A stretch of 64,000 nucleotides of DNA from Squalus acanthias (lineage: Eukaryota), in contig CM059427.1 of assembly GCA_030390025.1 (NCBI GenBank), forward strand, positions 28,396,001 through 28,460,000, read 5' to 3'. Each line of letters opens with the position of its first letter. Positions within the stretch are counted from its first letter, which is position 1. The notes below the pieces were generated by a model. It had not been told where the DNA came from and searched no databases. It was given only the letters and a program-made list of their open reading frames with translations. Made by a program: the position numbers and the translations under genes. Below are positions 1-12,409 of this stretch, piece after piece.

Positions 1-463
1 CATAAGAACATAAGAAATAGAAGCAGGTGTAGGCCATACGGCCCCTCGAGCCTGCTCTGCCATTCAATAAAATCATGGCTGAATTTCTACATCAACTCCG
101 CTTTCCGCCCTATCCCCATATCCCTTGATTCCCTTAGTACCCATGAATCTATCAATCTCAGTCTTGAATATACTCAATGACTGAGCAGCCACAGCCTTCT
201 GGGGTAGAGAATTCCAAAGTGAAGAAATTTCTCCTCATCTCAGTCCTAAATGGCTGACCCCTTATCCTTAGACTATGACCCCTAGTTCTAGACTCTCCAG
301 CCAGGGGAAACAGCCTCTCAGCATCTACCCTGTCAAGCCCTCTAAGAATTTTAAACGTTTCAATGAGATCACCTCTCATTCTTCTAAACTCCAGAGAATT
401 TAGGCCTATTCTACTCAATATTTCTTCATGGGACAACCCTCTCATCCCAGGAATCAATCTAGT
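1..463 (-). mobile_element. CR1 LINE 3' fragment (ORF2 C-terminus plus 3' UTR)
   Basis: ORF 158..457 reads SLEFRRMRGDLIETFKIL...RTRGHSLRIRGQPFRTEMRRNFF, the CR1 ORF2 C-terminal signature; CR1-type (CATAAGAA)n tail at position 1. Confidence 0.9.
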
Positions 464-1541
464 AGAAATGGCTTCTGCCTATTTTGCTGCCAGAAAGGTT
501 GCTTGCTGCAATTATATGCTGAAATTATGCCAAAATCAGCGTCCCAATTCTTCCCCATGGTCATTTTGATCTCGACCACAATGGCTTTCAAACTTTTTTA
601 TGTGGCGAATTGTGAGACACATTTCTGTACACTCCATGTCTTAACTTCTGAAAGACCATGCCAACTACCCAATGAAAAATAGTGCTATTGCAGAGAGCAT
701 TTGTATTAGAATATATAATCTCTACCTATCTATTATATTTAATATTATATATTAAAAATGATACCTCCAGCATCACACATTGTTGAATGGCTCAAAATAA
801 AACAGCAGCAAATCAGAACTGGGAAGGTAGGGAATACACACAAAAAAAGTGAGGAATGTGGCTAGAAAACTGTCAGTGAGAATCTACTGAAGACTTATGA
901 AAACAGCCAAACAATTACCAGTCACAAGACCAAGTTGATAAGTAAAAGGAGAAGGCAAACCAGTGAAAAATCACTAAAAACAAGACTTGAAAATAATTTG
1001 GTTGACAATTTTTTTTCAATGTATGCAAACCAATCAGACTTAGAATACAATTTCTAACATAATAAAAACACAAAATATTAGGGCTGTGAAATTTAGCACC
1101 TTAGTGCCGGCTGTTAAGGCCGGTTTCGACATAAGAATGGCGGCAGCTTCCGCCCACTTCCGGCATGGCTGCCATTTTGGGCAGGTCAATAGCGCGGCCA
1201 TTGCCTGCGTCGCCAGAAAAATGCTAATCTGTCAAATTGTGACATCAATCAGTGTGCAACGCTAATTTGTCGCCACTCCATTCAACGCCCTCTCCAAAAC
1301 ACAAGCAGCTGAATGTGCGTCCGGCTGCATGAGGGACCCCCACCAGCGATATTTAAAGGGATCATCAACAACTTGCAGGTGACTTGCTTTTTGATTTCTA
1401 AGGCTCTGTGTATGTTTGTGCAACTGTTTAGAGCTTTCTGCAGTTACTTAAAGTTGGTGAGGTGACAGGGAATGGTGCTGCAGGTGGAGAAGGCCTTGCT
1501 TCTGATTTCAAGGGTTCTGCTCAGACCACTTGCTCCCAGTC

Positions 1542-2643
1542 ATGGGGGCTCTACTTGCAGTCCCCCTCGCGCTGGAACATGGCAGGGAGATGGAGCACAG
1601 GCAGCAAAGAAGAGGACAAGTTGCTCATAGAGGGAGGAGGAGGAGGGGCAGGAGGGCACTCAGCAGGAGGCCTTACCCACCTAGGGTCTCCCGAGAACAC
1701 TTCTCCTACCTGCACTTAAACTGGGATCAGTGTATTTGGAGGCTCAGCTTCACCAAGGAGGTGGTCATAGAACTCTGCCACCTCCTGGAACCAGACCTGC
1801 AGCCTCAGAGCAGGGCGATGATGGCGCTGCCAGTGGCCCTCAAGGTCACCGTAGCCCTGAATTTTTTTGCCACTGGATCCTTCCAATCGGGAACAGGCGA
1901 CATAGCTAACATCTCCCAGTTCGCCGTCCATCGCTGCATCCAGGAGGTCACAGAGGCTCTGTACTCCAGGAGAAGGGACTTCATTGTCTTCTCTCTGAGG
2001 AGTGCGCATGTGGCTTTGCCAGGATATCGGGCTTCCCCATGGTGCAGGGCACCATCAACTGCACACACCTGGCTTTGCGGGCGCCTCATATCAATCCTGA
2101 GATGTACTGCAACCGCAAAGGCTACCACACACTTAATGTGCAGTTGGTGTGCGACCACGCCCAGCACAACATGATGGTGAATGCCCGGTATCCTGGTAGC
2201 AGTCATGATGTCTTCATCCTGCGCCAGTCCGGTGTGCCAGCAATCTTCCAGCCACCATGTCAAACCCGACGGTGGCTGCTTGGAGACATGGGCTATCCGC
2301 CCTACACTTGGCTGATGACTCCCCTCCGCAACCCCACCACTTGTGGCCAGCACTCATATAATGAGCGCCATGCTGCCACAAGGAACGTCATCGAGCAGAC
2401 CATCGGGGTGCTAAAGCAACGGTTCCGCTGCCTCGACCGCTCGGGAGGAGCCCTCCAGTACACGCCAGAGCGGGTGTCTCATTTCGTGGTGGTCTGCATC
2501 CTCCACAACTTGGCCATCATGAGGGCGCAGCCCTTGCCACCATGGGTTCCGCAAGTACCTCAGGAGGAGGAGGAAGGGAGGCAGCAGATCACCGTTCCAG
2601 ACAGGCAGTCCATGAGCGCCTCATCAGAATCCGGTTCCAATGA
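1542..2643 (+). pseudogene. Harbinger (HARBI1-like) DDE transposase, frameshifted
   Basis: ORFs 1530..2174 and 2039..2734 carry ALNFFATGSFQ, QGTINCTH (IDCTH variant), YPGSSHD, WLLGDMGYP, RNVIEQTIGVLKQRFRCLD, ILHNL; deletion/frameshift near 2000. Confidence 0.9.
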
Positions 2644-2829
2644 ACGAAACCCCAGATCCCCGTTGCTCACCACTTCCTACCTTGCCATCCCTTTGTCACG
2701 GACCATCACAGCATCCTCTTGGGCACAAAGGTGAAATGAGAGCCACCACAAAACAAACATTCCAAAACATAATTTATACATGAATCAATCCAAAACTACA
2801 TAACAAAGTCAACTAATCACCCTTGTGCA

Positions 2830-4779
2830 TTCCCTTAGTGTCTGTCTTTCATGTTCCTTTACCCCAATGCTTTTGTGCAGTGCTACCCCAGTGGCTGCAG
2901 CATGGCTGGTGGAAGGCTGCTGACTTTCCATGGTGGAGACTGCAGATAGCCTTGCAGGACAACCTTGAGCAGCTCTGGGCCTCGAAGGCCCGGCTGTAGA
3001 GTGCACCACCTCGGCATGGGCGGCAGCAGTCTGGGCTGGCTGGCTGGCAGGCAACAGCAAGGGCACCGGCGGAGTGGCAGTGGTGGGAGTACGAATGCTG
3101 TCATCCTGAGAGAGGACAGCAGGTTCTTGCTCCACAGAGCCACTGCCACTCCCTTGGGGCGGTGCCTCAGCATTCCTAGCTATCTGTTGGAGCACAGATT
3201 ACTGGACTGCTGTGAGACCCTCCAAGCCCTTTTCCACACTCGTATACCCAGCCACGATGGCATCAGTCTGAGCTTGCGTGACAGCAAGCTGAGACTGCAT
3301 GAGAACAGTCTGAGTTTGCGTGGCAGCAAGCTGAGCCTGCATGAGAGCAGTCTGAGCTTCCACTGCAGCACTCAGATGTTGGGTCGCTTCCGCTTGTGCT
3401 GCAATGGAAATTGCGACATCGCCTATCACACCCAGCGTCATGGTTGGGTCCGCAAATGCTCTAATGGAGTTCCCCATCACTTCCATCCGAGAAACCATGG
3501 GCTCCAAGCTCCGCGCAAAGCCCTGTGCAATGTTGGAGCCGGACTCCTCCATCCTCCTTGACACTGACAAGAGGCTCTCTGGCGGGCCTGCCATTGGTAA
3601 GCATTTCTGTGTGCATGCTCATCACCCTTCTTCTGAAGGCCGCCCCATCGAAGTCATCATCTGAATTCTCTGCAGCAGAACTCATGCACGAACTCGCCCT
3701 CCGGGGAGCTGGCACCCTAGCTACCCTTTCCCCGTGGCCTGTCTGCAGCCCACTCGTGCCCGGTGACTCACCACGTGCAGATCCTGCCTCTATTCTACCC
3801 TTTAAACTATGCGCATATCATTTTCTAAGCTGGTGCCTGGGAGTGTCAGATCGAGTGACAGTGCCTCTTCTCCTTCGCTCTCTTCCTCTGCTACGCGGGG
3901 GCAGGCTGGGCTGCTGGCTGTTCTTGGGTATCTGAAAGGAGAAATGCACAAGGGTCGGGTTGTGGTGAGGAGAGGGCGGGAAAGCAAGATGTGCAAGCTT
4001 ACAGCATCAGCAACTTGTAAGTGAGAAGAGATTACGCCATGAGGGGGAAGTGGGATGTGAGAAGAAGGATTAGGTATGAGCATACCATCATCAGCAATGC
4101 TTTTAACCTCGCCGCTCATCACGGCCTCAGTGATGGCCCCTACAGTTATCTCCAGCACCGTCTCCTCCAGCACAGTGAGGTTCTGAAGACGTGCTTCCCC
4201 GTCGCCTGTCTGCTGCTGCTCACGTCTGTTATGCGCCACCTTGGCCTGCAAGAGAAAGGGAAGTGTGTCAGTGAGTGTGGTGCAATGTGTTTGGGTGATG
4301 TGCCTGTCATGGTTAAATAGCTGGCAGTGTGTGCAAGTTGTGAGATGTGTGTGTGAGGCTTGCAGCAGTGGTAATTGAGGGTGAGGTGAAGCTTTGATTG
4401 TGAGATATGAGTCATGATTGCTAGAGATTGTTGGTAGGTGAGTGACGGGGGTGTGGTGCATTGAGCAGTGTGTGAGGCTAGTGGTGCAGTTGATGGGATA
4501 TGGTATTTGAAGATGCATCCACTTACCTTGACCACTCGTGTGACATCATTAGACTTGATGTGGAAACTTCTTGTGGCACTGGATCCATGTCCTGGGGGCA
4601 ACACACGTGGCACTGACAGCTTCTGCTATCTCCTCCCACTGCCTTCTGGTGTGCTGCCTGGAAGGACTCCAGCCCCTCTGCGGGTAGAGGACCTGTCTTC
4701 TTCTGTGCACCCCCAGGACCAAGGCCTCCAGTGCTGCATCTGAGAATCTCCTTGCCCTTTCTCTTCCCTGTTGAGCCAT
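2830..4779 (-). pseudogene. Harbinger Myb/SANT-like DNA-binding protein gene, 3 exons, decayed
   Basis: ATG 4779 MAQQGRERARRFSDAALEALV...QWEEIAEAVSA...RTWIQCHKKF; donor CAAG|GTAAGT at 4527, exon 4245-4086 with AG/GT ends, acceptor at 3931; coiled-coil and low-complexity C-terminal exon with frameshifts. Confidence 0.8.
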
Positions 4780-5479
4780 GGCTGCATACAGAGTGACAAT
4801 GAGTTGCTTCTGCAACAAAGCACCTCCCCTTTAAGAAGTGCAGAGAGCCGAGGCAACATTTTATTCACCAGTAGCCCTCCTCTTGAGCGCTAAGCCAACC
4901 AACAGCATGTTTAGCGCTGAGCTCAGCGGTCCAATCGTAAATGAGCAGGCAGCACGAATTTTGCGTGCTGCCTGCACCACTTTGAAAAGGCGCGGGCAGA
5001 TCGTGCTTTGCGCTCCACGCGCCCATTTTCGGGCCTAATCTAATTTCACCGCCTAGATATTTTAGAATTGCATAATTAAAAGTAGGTATAAAGTTGTCAT
5101 TTGTGTCTTTGAGTATCATCAGTAATGTTTTTAATTGAAGGCCTCAGCCACTCTCAAAAGCCTCATCTTAGACTTGATGTGTAAAGTTTTCCTCTCATTG
5201 CACTTGAGTGCAAAGGATTGCTTGGGCACAATAGAAGAAAATCAGGTAGGGAAAACCACATGCCTGTAATGGACCACACCGATTTTCCATCCAATCTCCA
5301 GTTTACATTCAGAATTTAGAAACAAAACACTTTACATGAGATTTACTTATACAGCTGCAGTGGGTGAATGAAACATTACTTGCTGTTGAATGGAATGCCA
5401 TATTCCCTTTAATTCTGTATGCCTACATTTTATCAACAATGGTCTAATGCCACACTGTATCAAACACACTTAAAAATAA

Positions 5480-6660
5480 TGTACATAAAATCCACTGTGT
5501 TTCTTTTATCAAAACACTACTTAATTGCCGAAAGAACTCAATTACATTTGTCAAACACCACTTGCCTTTTACAAATCCATGCTGGCTGTCCTTAATTAAC
5601 CATGCCTTTCTAGGCCAGCGTTAATTTTGTCCTGTATTATGGCCACTGGAAGCTTACCCACTACAAGTCTTAGCCTGACTCTTCTATAGTTACTTGATTT
5701 ATTCCTTTCCTCCTTTTTGAATGGAGGTATTACTTAACAATCCTCCAGTCATCTGGCACAATTTCCATCGCTAAGAATTGTTAACAGATTTTGGTCAGAG
5801 CCTCTGCCATTTTATTTCCTATTTGACTTCTCTTAGCATTGTAGGATGCATGACATGAGTGCCCAGTGCCTTTTCTACCTTAAGTTATACCTTTTTTTAT
5901 GCTAGTTCCTTATCTACAGTTAGAAACATAGAAACGTAGAAAAATAGGAGCAGGAGTAGGCCATTCGGCCCTTTGAGCCTGCTCCGCCATTCAGTATGAT
6001 CATGGCTGATCCTCTATCTCAATACCATATTCCCCCTCTCTCCCCATACCCCTTGATGCCTATCCTATCTAATCGCTTCAGCTCCTCCTTCTGTACCCTT
6101 TCATTGCCACTACAACACTCTTCTGTGAAAACAGCCAATTCCTTCATCCTGTATAAGATTTTCCTTTTCATCTCTAACCGGTCTTAACCTTTCTTTAACA
6201 AGTCTTTTACTTTTTATAGTTTCTAAAATTCTTTACCATTTCCCTTTGTTACCTGCCAGTCTTACTTCAACCCCTCACATAGCCTCTCTTTTTATATTTT
6301 TTTGCTTTCCTCTGTATTTTCTATATTCTGCTTGGTTGCCTTTTTTGTATTATTTCTATATTTATCATATACCTATTTTTAAAGTCTCATTTGAATTTTA
6401 GTTTCTCAACTCATCCAAGTAACTCCAGTTTTAACTGCACCACCTTATCTTTTCTTCTTGTAGGATAAGTCTAGTTTGTCCCTAAACATTTCCTTTTTAA
6501 ACATTCCCATTGTTTTCAATTCTACTATTCTATTCCCACAATCTAGAGAGCCAGTGGAATTGGAGGACACCGCTCAGAAATTACAGAACGAGCTGGGCAA
6601 AATATGTAAGTAGGCAGAACAATGTCAGGTGAACTTTAATGCAGACAAATGTAAAGTACT
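5480..6660 (-). mobile_element. Old CR1 LINE remnants, with a short younger CR1 3' tail at ~5920-6060
   Basis: Degenerate RT-like segment (TTTACAAATCCATGCTGGCT = QHGFVK on - strand); CR1 3' UTR motif (GTAGGCCATTCGGCCCTTTGAGCCTGCTCCGCCATTC) at ~5956-5993. Confidence 0.6.
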
Positions 6661-7419
6661 GCACATTGATATCTTAAAAAATGACCAATCTGACCATCCA
6701 CCATCCTTCAGCTCTATGTGTCACTGAATCACTCATTTACCTATCTCGAATGAGAAATTCCCCCACCCCGCACCTTCCCATGGCAGCTACACTGTATACA
6801 GCCAAAATCCCTGCTGTGCTCAATGAAGGAAAGCCATTCTAACAGTTTAGTTGCAAGTGTTTCTAAAATGTACTAATGGACCCCATTGTCTGGGAGTTCA
6901 TCACTTGTGGGCCGAATTTAACTTAATAGCAAGATTGTAATGTAAATTAACCCAAAATCCCTCCTAAGGCAAATAGGCAATAATCTCAAAATGTGCCTGT
7001 TGATAACATCCCTATTGTTATAAAACAGGGTATCCTGCAAGTGACCGTAAACAATGCCATGGGAGATCTGCTAAATCTTCAGTTTTGATTTGCTGTTTTT
7101 ATATTTTGAGCCAATCAACAAAGTGTGATGGTCAAAATATGTCAGCAGCAATGTGACTGTTAAAGAAAAACCTGATAGAAAATATTAATGGAATTTTTAA
7201 CAGAAAGTACGCAATGAAGCACATTTTTAATATATAACTAGATCTCTTGTGACATTGGTCACGGTGAATCAGAGGATTTGCTGGTTTATAACAATAAAGG
7301 TGTTTATGCCATGTAGGGGATAACATTAGGTTCACTAATTTACTACTAAGACTCGTAGATCTTTTTTAACTTTATACTTAGGTATTTCAAAACCATTCAT
7401 GAGATATGTGTGTTATTTT

Positions 7420-7950
7420 TCCTTCCCGTGTGCAGTACTTTACACTTGACTACACTAAATTTCATCAGCCATTATTCTGCCCACATACATATTTTGTCAA
7501 ACTAATTCTGTAATTTCTTAGCTGCCTCCTTCAATTCCACTCTCTTCCTAGTTTGGTATTATCTGCAAAATTGACTAATTCACTTTGAGTTTATGAATCC
7601 CGATCATTGATGTAAATTAGAACCAGTAGTGGTCCCAATACTGAGCCCTAGGACTCCCCATTCAGTAAATCCACCCTGCCATATATTCTCTAACAAGTAC
7701 TGGTTGTTTTCTACCCTTCAGCCAATTTCTTGTCCATTCCCAAGATTTATCCTCAATCCCCACAGCTTTGAGTTTAACTCATCTCTTTCATCTGGAATTT
7801 TGTCAAATGTCTTTTGGAAATCTAGATACAACCCCGTTGTAGGGTTTTCCATGGTTCATTTAGGTTATCACTTCCTCAGAGAAGTCAAGGAAGTTTATCA
7901 GACAGGATTTTCCCTTTCTGAAGCTGTGTTAACTGCTGTTTGCAACATTA
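7420..7950 (-). mobile_element. Degenerate CR1 RT fragment
   Basis: Minus-strand remnants of YLDFQKTFDK, SVLGPL and FAD motifs. Confidence 0.6.
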
Positions 7951-8250
7951 TTGTTGTATAGATAATGATTGAATTTACTCCTGATAATTGAATTATTTTT
8001 ACAGAGAATTGAAGTAATATTAATAGGTTTGTAATTTCATTTGTATGCTTTGTAACCTTTTTTGAATACCTCTTGCCACTGCCCATCTGATTAGTGCCTC
8101 AGCATCGTGTGGAAAATCTATCCTTGTGTGTTGGTTGATATAATTAAAAGGACCGATAATTAAATGGAACAGTTGTTTCCTTAAATCGCAGATGTCATTA
8201 CATTTCTTCACAAAAAATGTAGTGCTTTTACTGTGTTTTTGTTTTCATAG

Positions 8251-8308
8251 TTCTTGAAGGCAATAATGGACCGAGACTACAAGTTGTCAAGTAAGCTTTG
8301 TCAAATGA
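8251..8308 (+). CDS. ERICH2: ERICH2 (glutamate-rich protein 2) internal coding exon
   Basis: Polypyrimidine tract and CATAG acceptor at 8250, GTAAGT donor at 8309; reads FLKAIMDRDYKLSSKLCQM, matching my recollection of the conserved ERICH2 segment; phase 1 joins the next exon. Confidence 0.88.
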
Positions 8309-9220
8309 GTAAGTACAAAAATTACTTTTGGGTATTTGTCATGTTTTAAAATTTTGATTGTTTTCTTCTTCATGGAAAGAATTGCGAGTTTAAATTATTT
8401 TTAAGCGTTTTAAAACAAAATAAATTCACATCAATTTAAAAAGAAAGCCCACATGATGCATGAATTGAAATTGTGTACTGAACCCAGATTTTGTGGAATC
8501 CACAACTGATGCAGTGAGGGACAATTTTCTCTTCTCGTGCCAATTAGCCAGGATGGCCTGCATTCATCTTGAAAATAGCAGGCAATGTTCTCTTTAAACT
8601 CATACCCCAAATGGGGAGGATAGGTAACCTGTTTTATTTGAGGCAGTCAGTCAGTCAGCCAGCTAGATGTGGGGAGGAAGCCTGGCTTGGCGAGGAGAAA
8701 CTCGCTCATCTCAAACCCAGAGCTGATCAGGATCAGATTACTGACTAGGCAAAAATAAGTCAGCTAATAGGGTTAGTATGGTGTATTTTTATTTTTATTA
8801 GTTTTATTGTTCTCAAAGAGGGCTCTGTGGTTAGTAAAATCAAGGTGAGATTTGAATACTACTGTTACTCTGTACGTTCTCTTGCTGTTTGTGAAAGATA
8901 GATGTAAATTTAATGAGCCATTACTAGGCACACACCAAATAATATTTCAGAATACTTTAACACCTATGAAAATACTGTACGATCATGGTTATATTTTGAG
9001 TTTCTTGAAGAAGTAAATATAAATTTTCTGCAATTGGGTTTCCATCCCTGCTCTGGTGACATCACTGCTGGGAAGTGACCCCACGTATCCCTGAGCAGCT
9101 CTATGGGAAACAACAGGGCTGTTACTTTGCATCAACTGGAGAGCAATTTAACAGTGTAAACATTTCCCAGTCAGTATCATGGTTTCCCAGCTCCAGTACA
9201 ATACTTGGATCAATCCAAAA

Positions 9221-9333
9221 CGAAGGAGCAGCGCTCCGAAAGCTTGTGATTTCAAATAAAACTGTTGGACTATAACCTGGTGTTGTGCGACTTCTCACAT
9301 TTGTCCACCCCAGTCCAACACCGGCATCTCCAC
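9221..9333 (+). mobile_element. Short Penelope-like 3'-end insertion with a truncated hammerhead-ribozyme-like core
   Basis: 12-bp direct repeat ATCAATCCAAAA at 9209-9220 and 9334-9345; insert begins CGAAG-GAGC-AGC-GCTC-CGAAAG, then AATAAA. Confidence 0.7.
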
Positions 9334-9840
9334 ATCAATCCAAAATCACCAGCACCATTGTTTCCTATTGAGCAGCCCTGATATACTTGTGGTGATGACA
9401 CCAGAATGGACTAACACAGGGAGGATGTCTTAACTTGAAGGCAAGGAAAATTGACCTTTTTTGCAAAATATTAAAATTATTGTAAAATTGTCGTATTCTT
9501 TAAAATGGGGAAGTATTCTGAATAAATATACTCCTCGTAATGAGTGATTCAGTGGTTAGGCACCTGCGATTTCTCCCAGCAAGTGCCGTTCTGTGCTGAG
9601 AGCACCTGGCCACTGAATCACTCCTTAATGGTTGTTAAGTGAACAGAGGTCATTCAGTTTAATTGTTTGGTTAGGAAACTTTGCAGATTGGAGCATGTTT
9701 GTCAGTTTCAGGTTGCAGATCAGAAGCACCCAGTATTTTAAGGATTTTTTTGTCTGTAACAACATGTGATGTCTGCACGCTGTAGATATACCATTTTTAA
9801 TACATGGATAGCAACAACAACAACAACTTGCATTTACATA

Positions 9841-11552
9841 GAACTGGATTTTTCCAACCGGGGCGGGCGCCGTCGGTGGAGTGTGAGGACCTCGCAACTG
9901 TCTCAATCCCGGCCTCCAACAAGATATTCCAATGATGGGCCTTGTTAAGCCCGCCCTGCGAGGTTCCCGGCCAATTAATAGGAAGCGGGTCTGATGACAT
10001 CATTTGATGACGTGTCATCAGCCGGTTTCCTTAAAGGGGCCATGTCCAAATTGATCTTGACAGTTCTGCTATCAGTGTTGTGCAGCATTAAGGTGCTGCA
10101 AGCACTGCACAAAGGTGCACGGCTGCACCCAGGCTCTCCCATTACTTCCTCCATCTACTTATGGAGGGAGTCACGGCATGCAGGGAGGTTCTCTTCCCTT
10201 CCAATGGGTGGAAGACACCTCCCCAGGACACCAACGCAGCCTGGTTGCACATTACACAGGAGGACACAAGCGGGATGTCGTCAGGAGGACCAGGCTGCAG
10301 TGGCGCAAATCTTTCAATGATCTCAGTAGATCACAAAACGTTACTGCCATGCCACACACAACCTCATCACATCCCCATCACTCTGCCTTCCCTATCCTAC
10401 TCCTGCTCATCTTTACTCACACCAACTTACCTTGCACTTCCACCCATTCCTCTCTATCTACATTATCACTTCCCCATCTCACTAGCCACCCCTCACACTC
10501 ACCCTCATCCTACTGCAAGCATACTAACAACACACAAGGGTAGGCACTTGGGTGGTTTAGCCAATGTTCATGTGAAGTTTCTGGTAATGTGCTGTCAAAC
10601 ATTGAAATCTTTATTTTCAACACTTTGCATTCTTGGACAGATTTGTGTGAACCTTTGAAAGTGTCTTAGTGAGTTGCAGTGAATGGTCAAACATAACGCC
10701 CCCCGCCCCAATGGTAATGAGTGTGAAAGGAATGGCTTGGACATTGTAGGGATGCTTTTTGGTGCTGGTATGGGGTGGTGCCAACGTGGTGCATCATGTG
10801 GTAGCCAGAGTGTACAGTGTTAAGTGAAGCTAATCTGAACATGGTGAGGCCATCGCTGGCATCCCGGGCAGCAATGTCATGGGTGATGATGCCCTGTGTC
10901 CAGTGTAGCATCAGTTGATGGCAGAGAAGGTTGGTGTGGATGTTGGTGCTGCTGGTGTGCCTGGTGATGCTGGTGTTGGGGCTGATTGTGTTGGGATTCT
11001 GAGGACCAAGGTGAGATCTTTTCAAGAGCACCGATGCTGATGGAATAGATGGCAGGTTGAGATGACAGAAGTAATTTGTCAATGTTGAGATAGGTTGTTC
11101 CAAGGAGGTGACAGTGGATAGAGAGATTACTCCAAACACTTCAAATGTGCATAAAGCTCAAAAGTGGGTTCGAAATACTGAAGGCTGAAGCTTCTGAGAT
11201 TGGAAACTGTCCAGCTGTAAAATGGCAGGTTTTATACCACTTTTGCAGCTGTCACCTAATGAAAGAAATGGAGAGTTGTTCAGAACCCAACACACTTACC
11301 TGGCGAGATCCCCGAGCGACGGGAAAACTTGGCAAAATGCTTTGGAACTGGGAAAATGGTGATTAAATTACTTTAAACACCCTCCTAACAAGCACAATTG
11401 AATGACCCGCCACTTAGTGCCGTTTCTGCAAAGTGCAGGCAGAAACGGCACCTGGGAATCTGACAAGGAGGCCAGCCCACTGTCAATCTTTTTGATTTTA
11501 ATAGCGGACCCGTCTCCAAACCCGCCCTCTGAACGCCGACAAAATTCAGCCC
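9841..11552. mobile_element. Internally deleted Harbinger element
   Basis: Imperfect TIRs GAACTGGATTTT / AAAATTCAGCCC with ATA duplication (9838-9840, 11553-11555); Myb exon-1 remnant (+, EGVTACREVLFPSNG); right end matches the transposase-side end of the 27376 element; splits an L2 3' tail. Confidence 0.8.
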
Positions 11553-12330
11553 ATAGCATCTTTAACGTAGAAAAACATCCTAAAGTGCTGCACAGAGACA
11601 TAATCAGACAAAAATGGACAACAAGTCAAAGGAGATATTAGGAGGTGTGACCAAAAGCTTGTCCAAAGGAGATATGTTTCAAGGAGGGCCTTGAGGGAGG
11701 TAGAGAGGTGAAGAGGTAGAGCATGGGGCCTCGACGGCTGTAGACCTGGAGGAGGTTACAGAGATATGCAGGGGTTGATGCCAGGAAGGGATTTAAAAAC
11801 AAGGATGAGAATTTTAAATTAAAGGTGTTGGTGACCAGGATCCAATGTAGGTTAGCAAGGACAGGTGTAATGGAGGAGCGAGACTTGGTGGACGATAGGA
11901 TATGGGCAGCATAGATTTGGATGAACTGAAGTTAACAGAGGGTGGAGGACAGGAGACCAGCCAAGAGAACATTGTTGAGTCTGTAAGTGACAAAAGCTTT
12001 GATAAGGATTTCAGCAGCAGATAGGCTGAAGCCGGTCTGGAGGCGGGAAATGTTATGAAGGCGGAGTATATTGGGTCAGGAGCTCAGGTCAGGGTCGAAT
12101 AGGATGCTAAGATTGCAAACAATCTGATTAAACCTGAGACAGTGGCTGGAGAGGTAAGTGGAATGGGTGGTAAGGGTGCAGAGTTTGTGCCGGGGACACA
12201 AGTTTGGTCATCCCATCATTTAACTGCAGGAAATTGTAGCTCATCCAAGACTGGATGTCGGGCAAGCAGTCTAACAACACAGAGGTGATGGACATGTAGA
12301 GACGAGTTTCGTCAGTGTACATGTAGAAGC
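11553..12330 (-). mobile_element. L2-type LINE 3' fragment; its tail (AACAACTTGCATTTACATA) lies at ~9812-9840
   Basis: ORF 12128..12322 YTDETRLY...CLPDIQSWMSYNFLQLN (L2 RT); 3' tail continuous across the Harbinger insertion. Confidence 0.75.
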
Positions 12331-12409
12331 TGACTTTGTCACAGTCACATCTTTCAAGGCCCTAACACCTCAAGTCATTTCTAGAACAACCTACTTGTGT
12401 GATACACAG

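Larger units (their letters stand above)
1082..5053. mobile_element. PIF/Harbinger DNA transposon, full-length but decayed
   Basis: TIRs GGCTGTGAAATT (1082) and reverse complement GGCGGTGAAATT (ends 5053), 11/12 match; 3-bp TAG on both sides (1079-1081, 5054-5056); convergent transposase and Myb/SANT genes inside. Confidence 0.9.

Noticed and set aside
1530-2734. Domesticated host gene HARBI1
   Set aside because: Frameshifted, enclosed by TIRs and a TSD, paired with a Myb gene and present in several copies, so it is a transposon.
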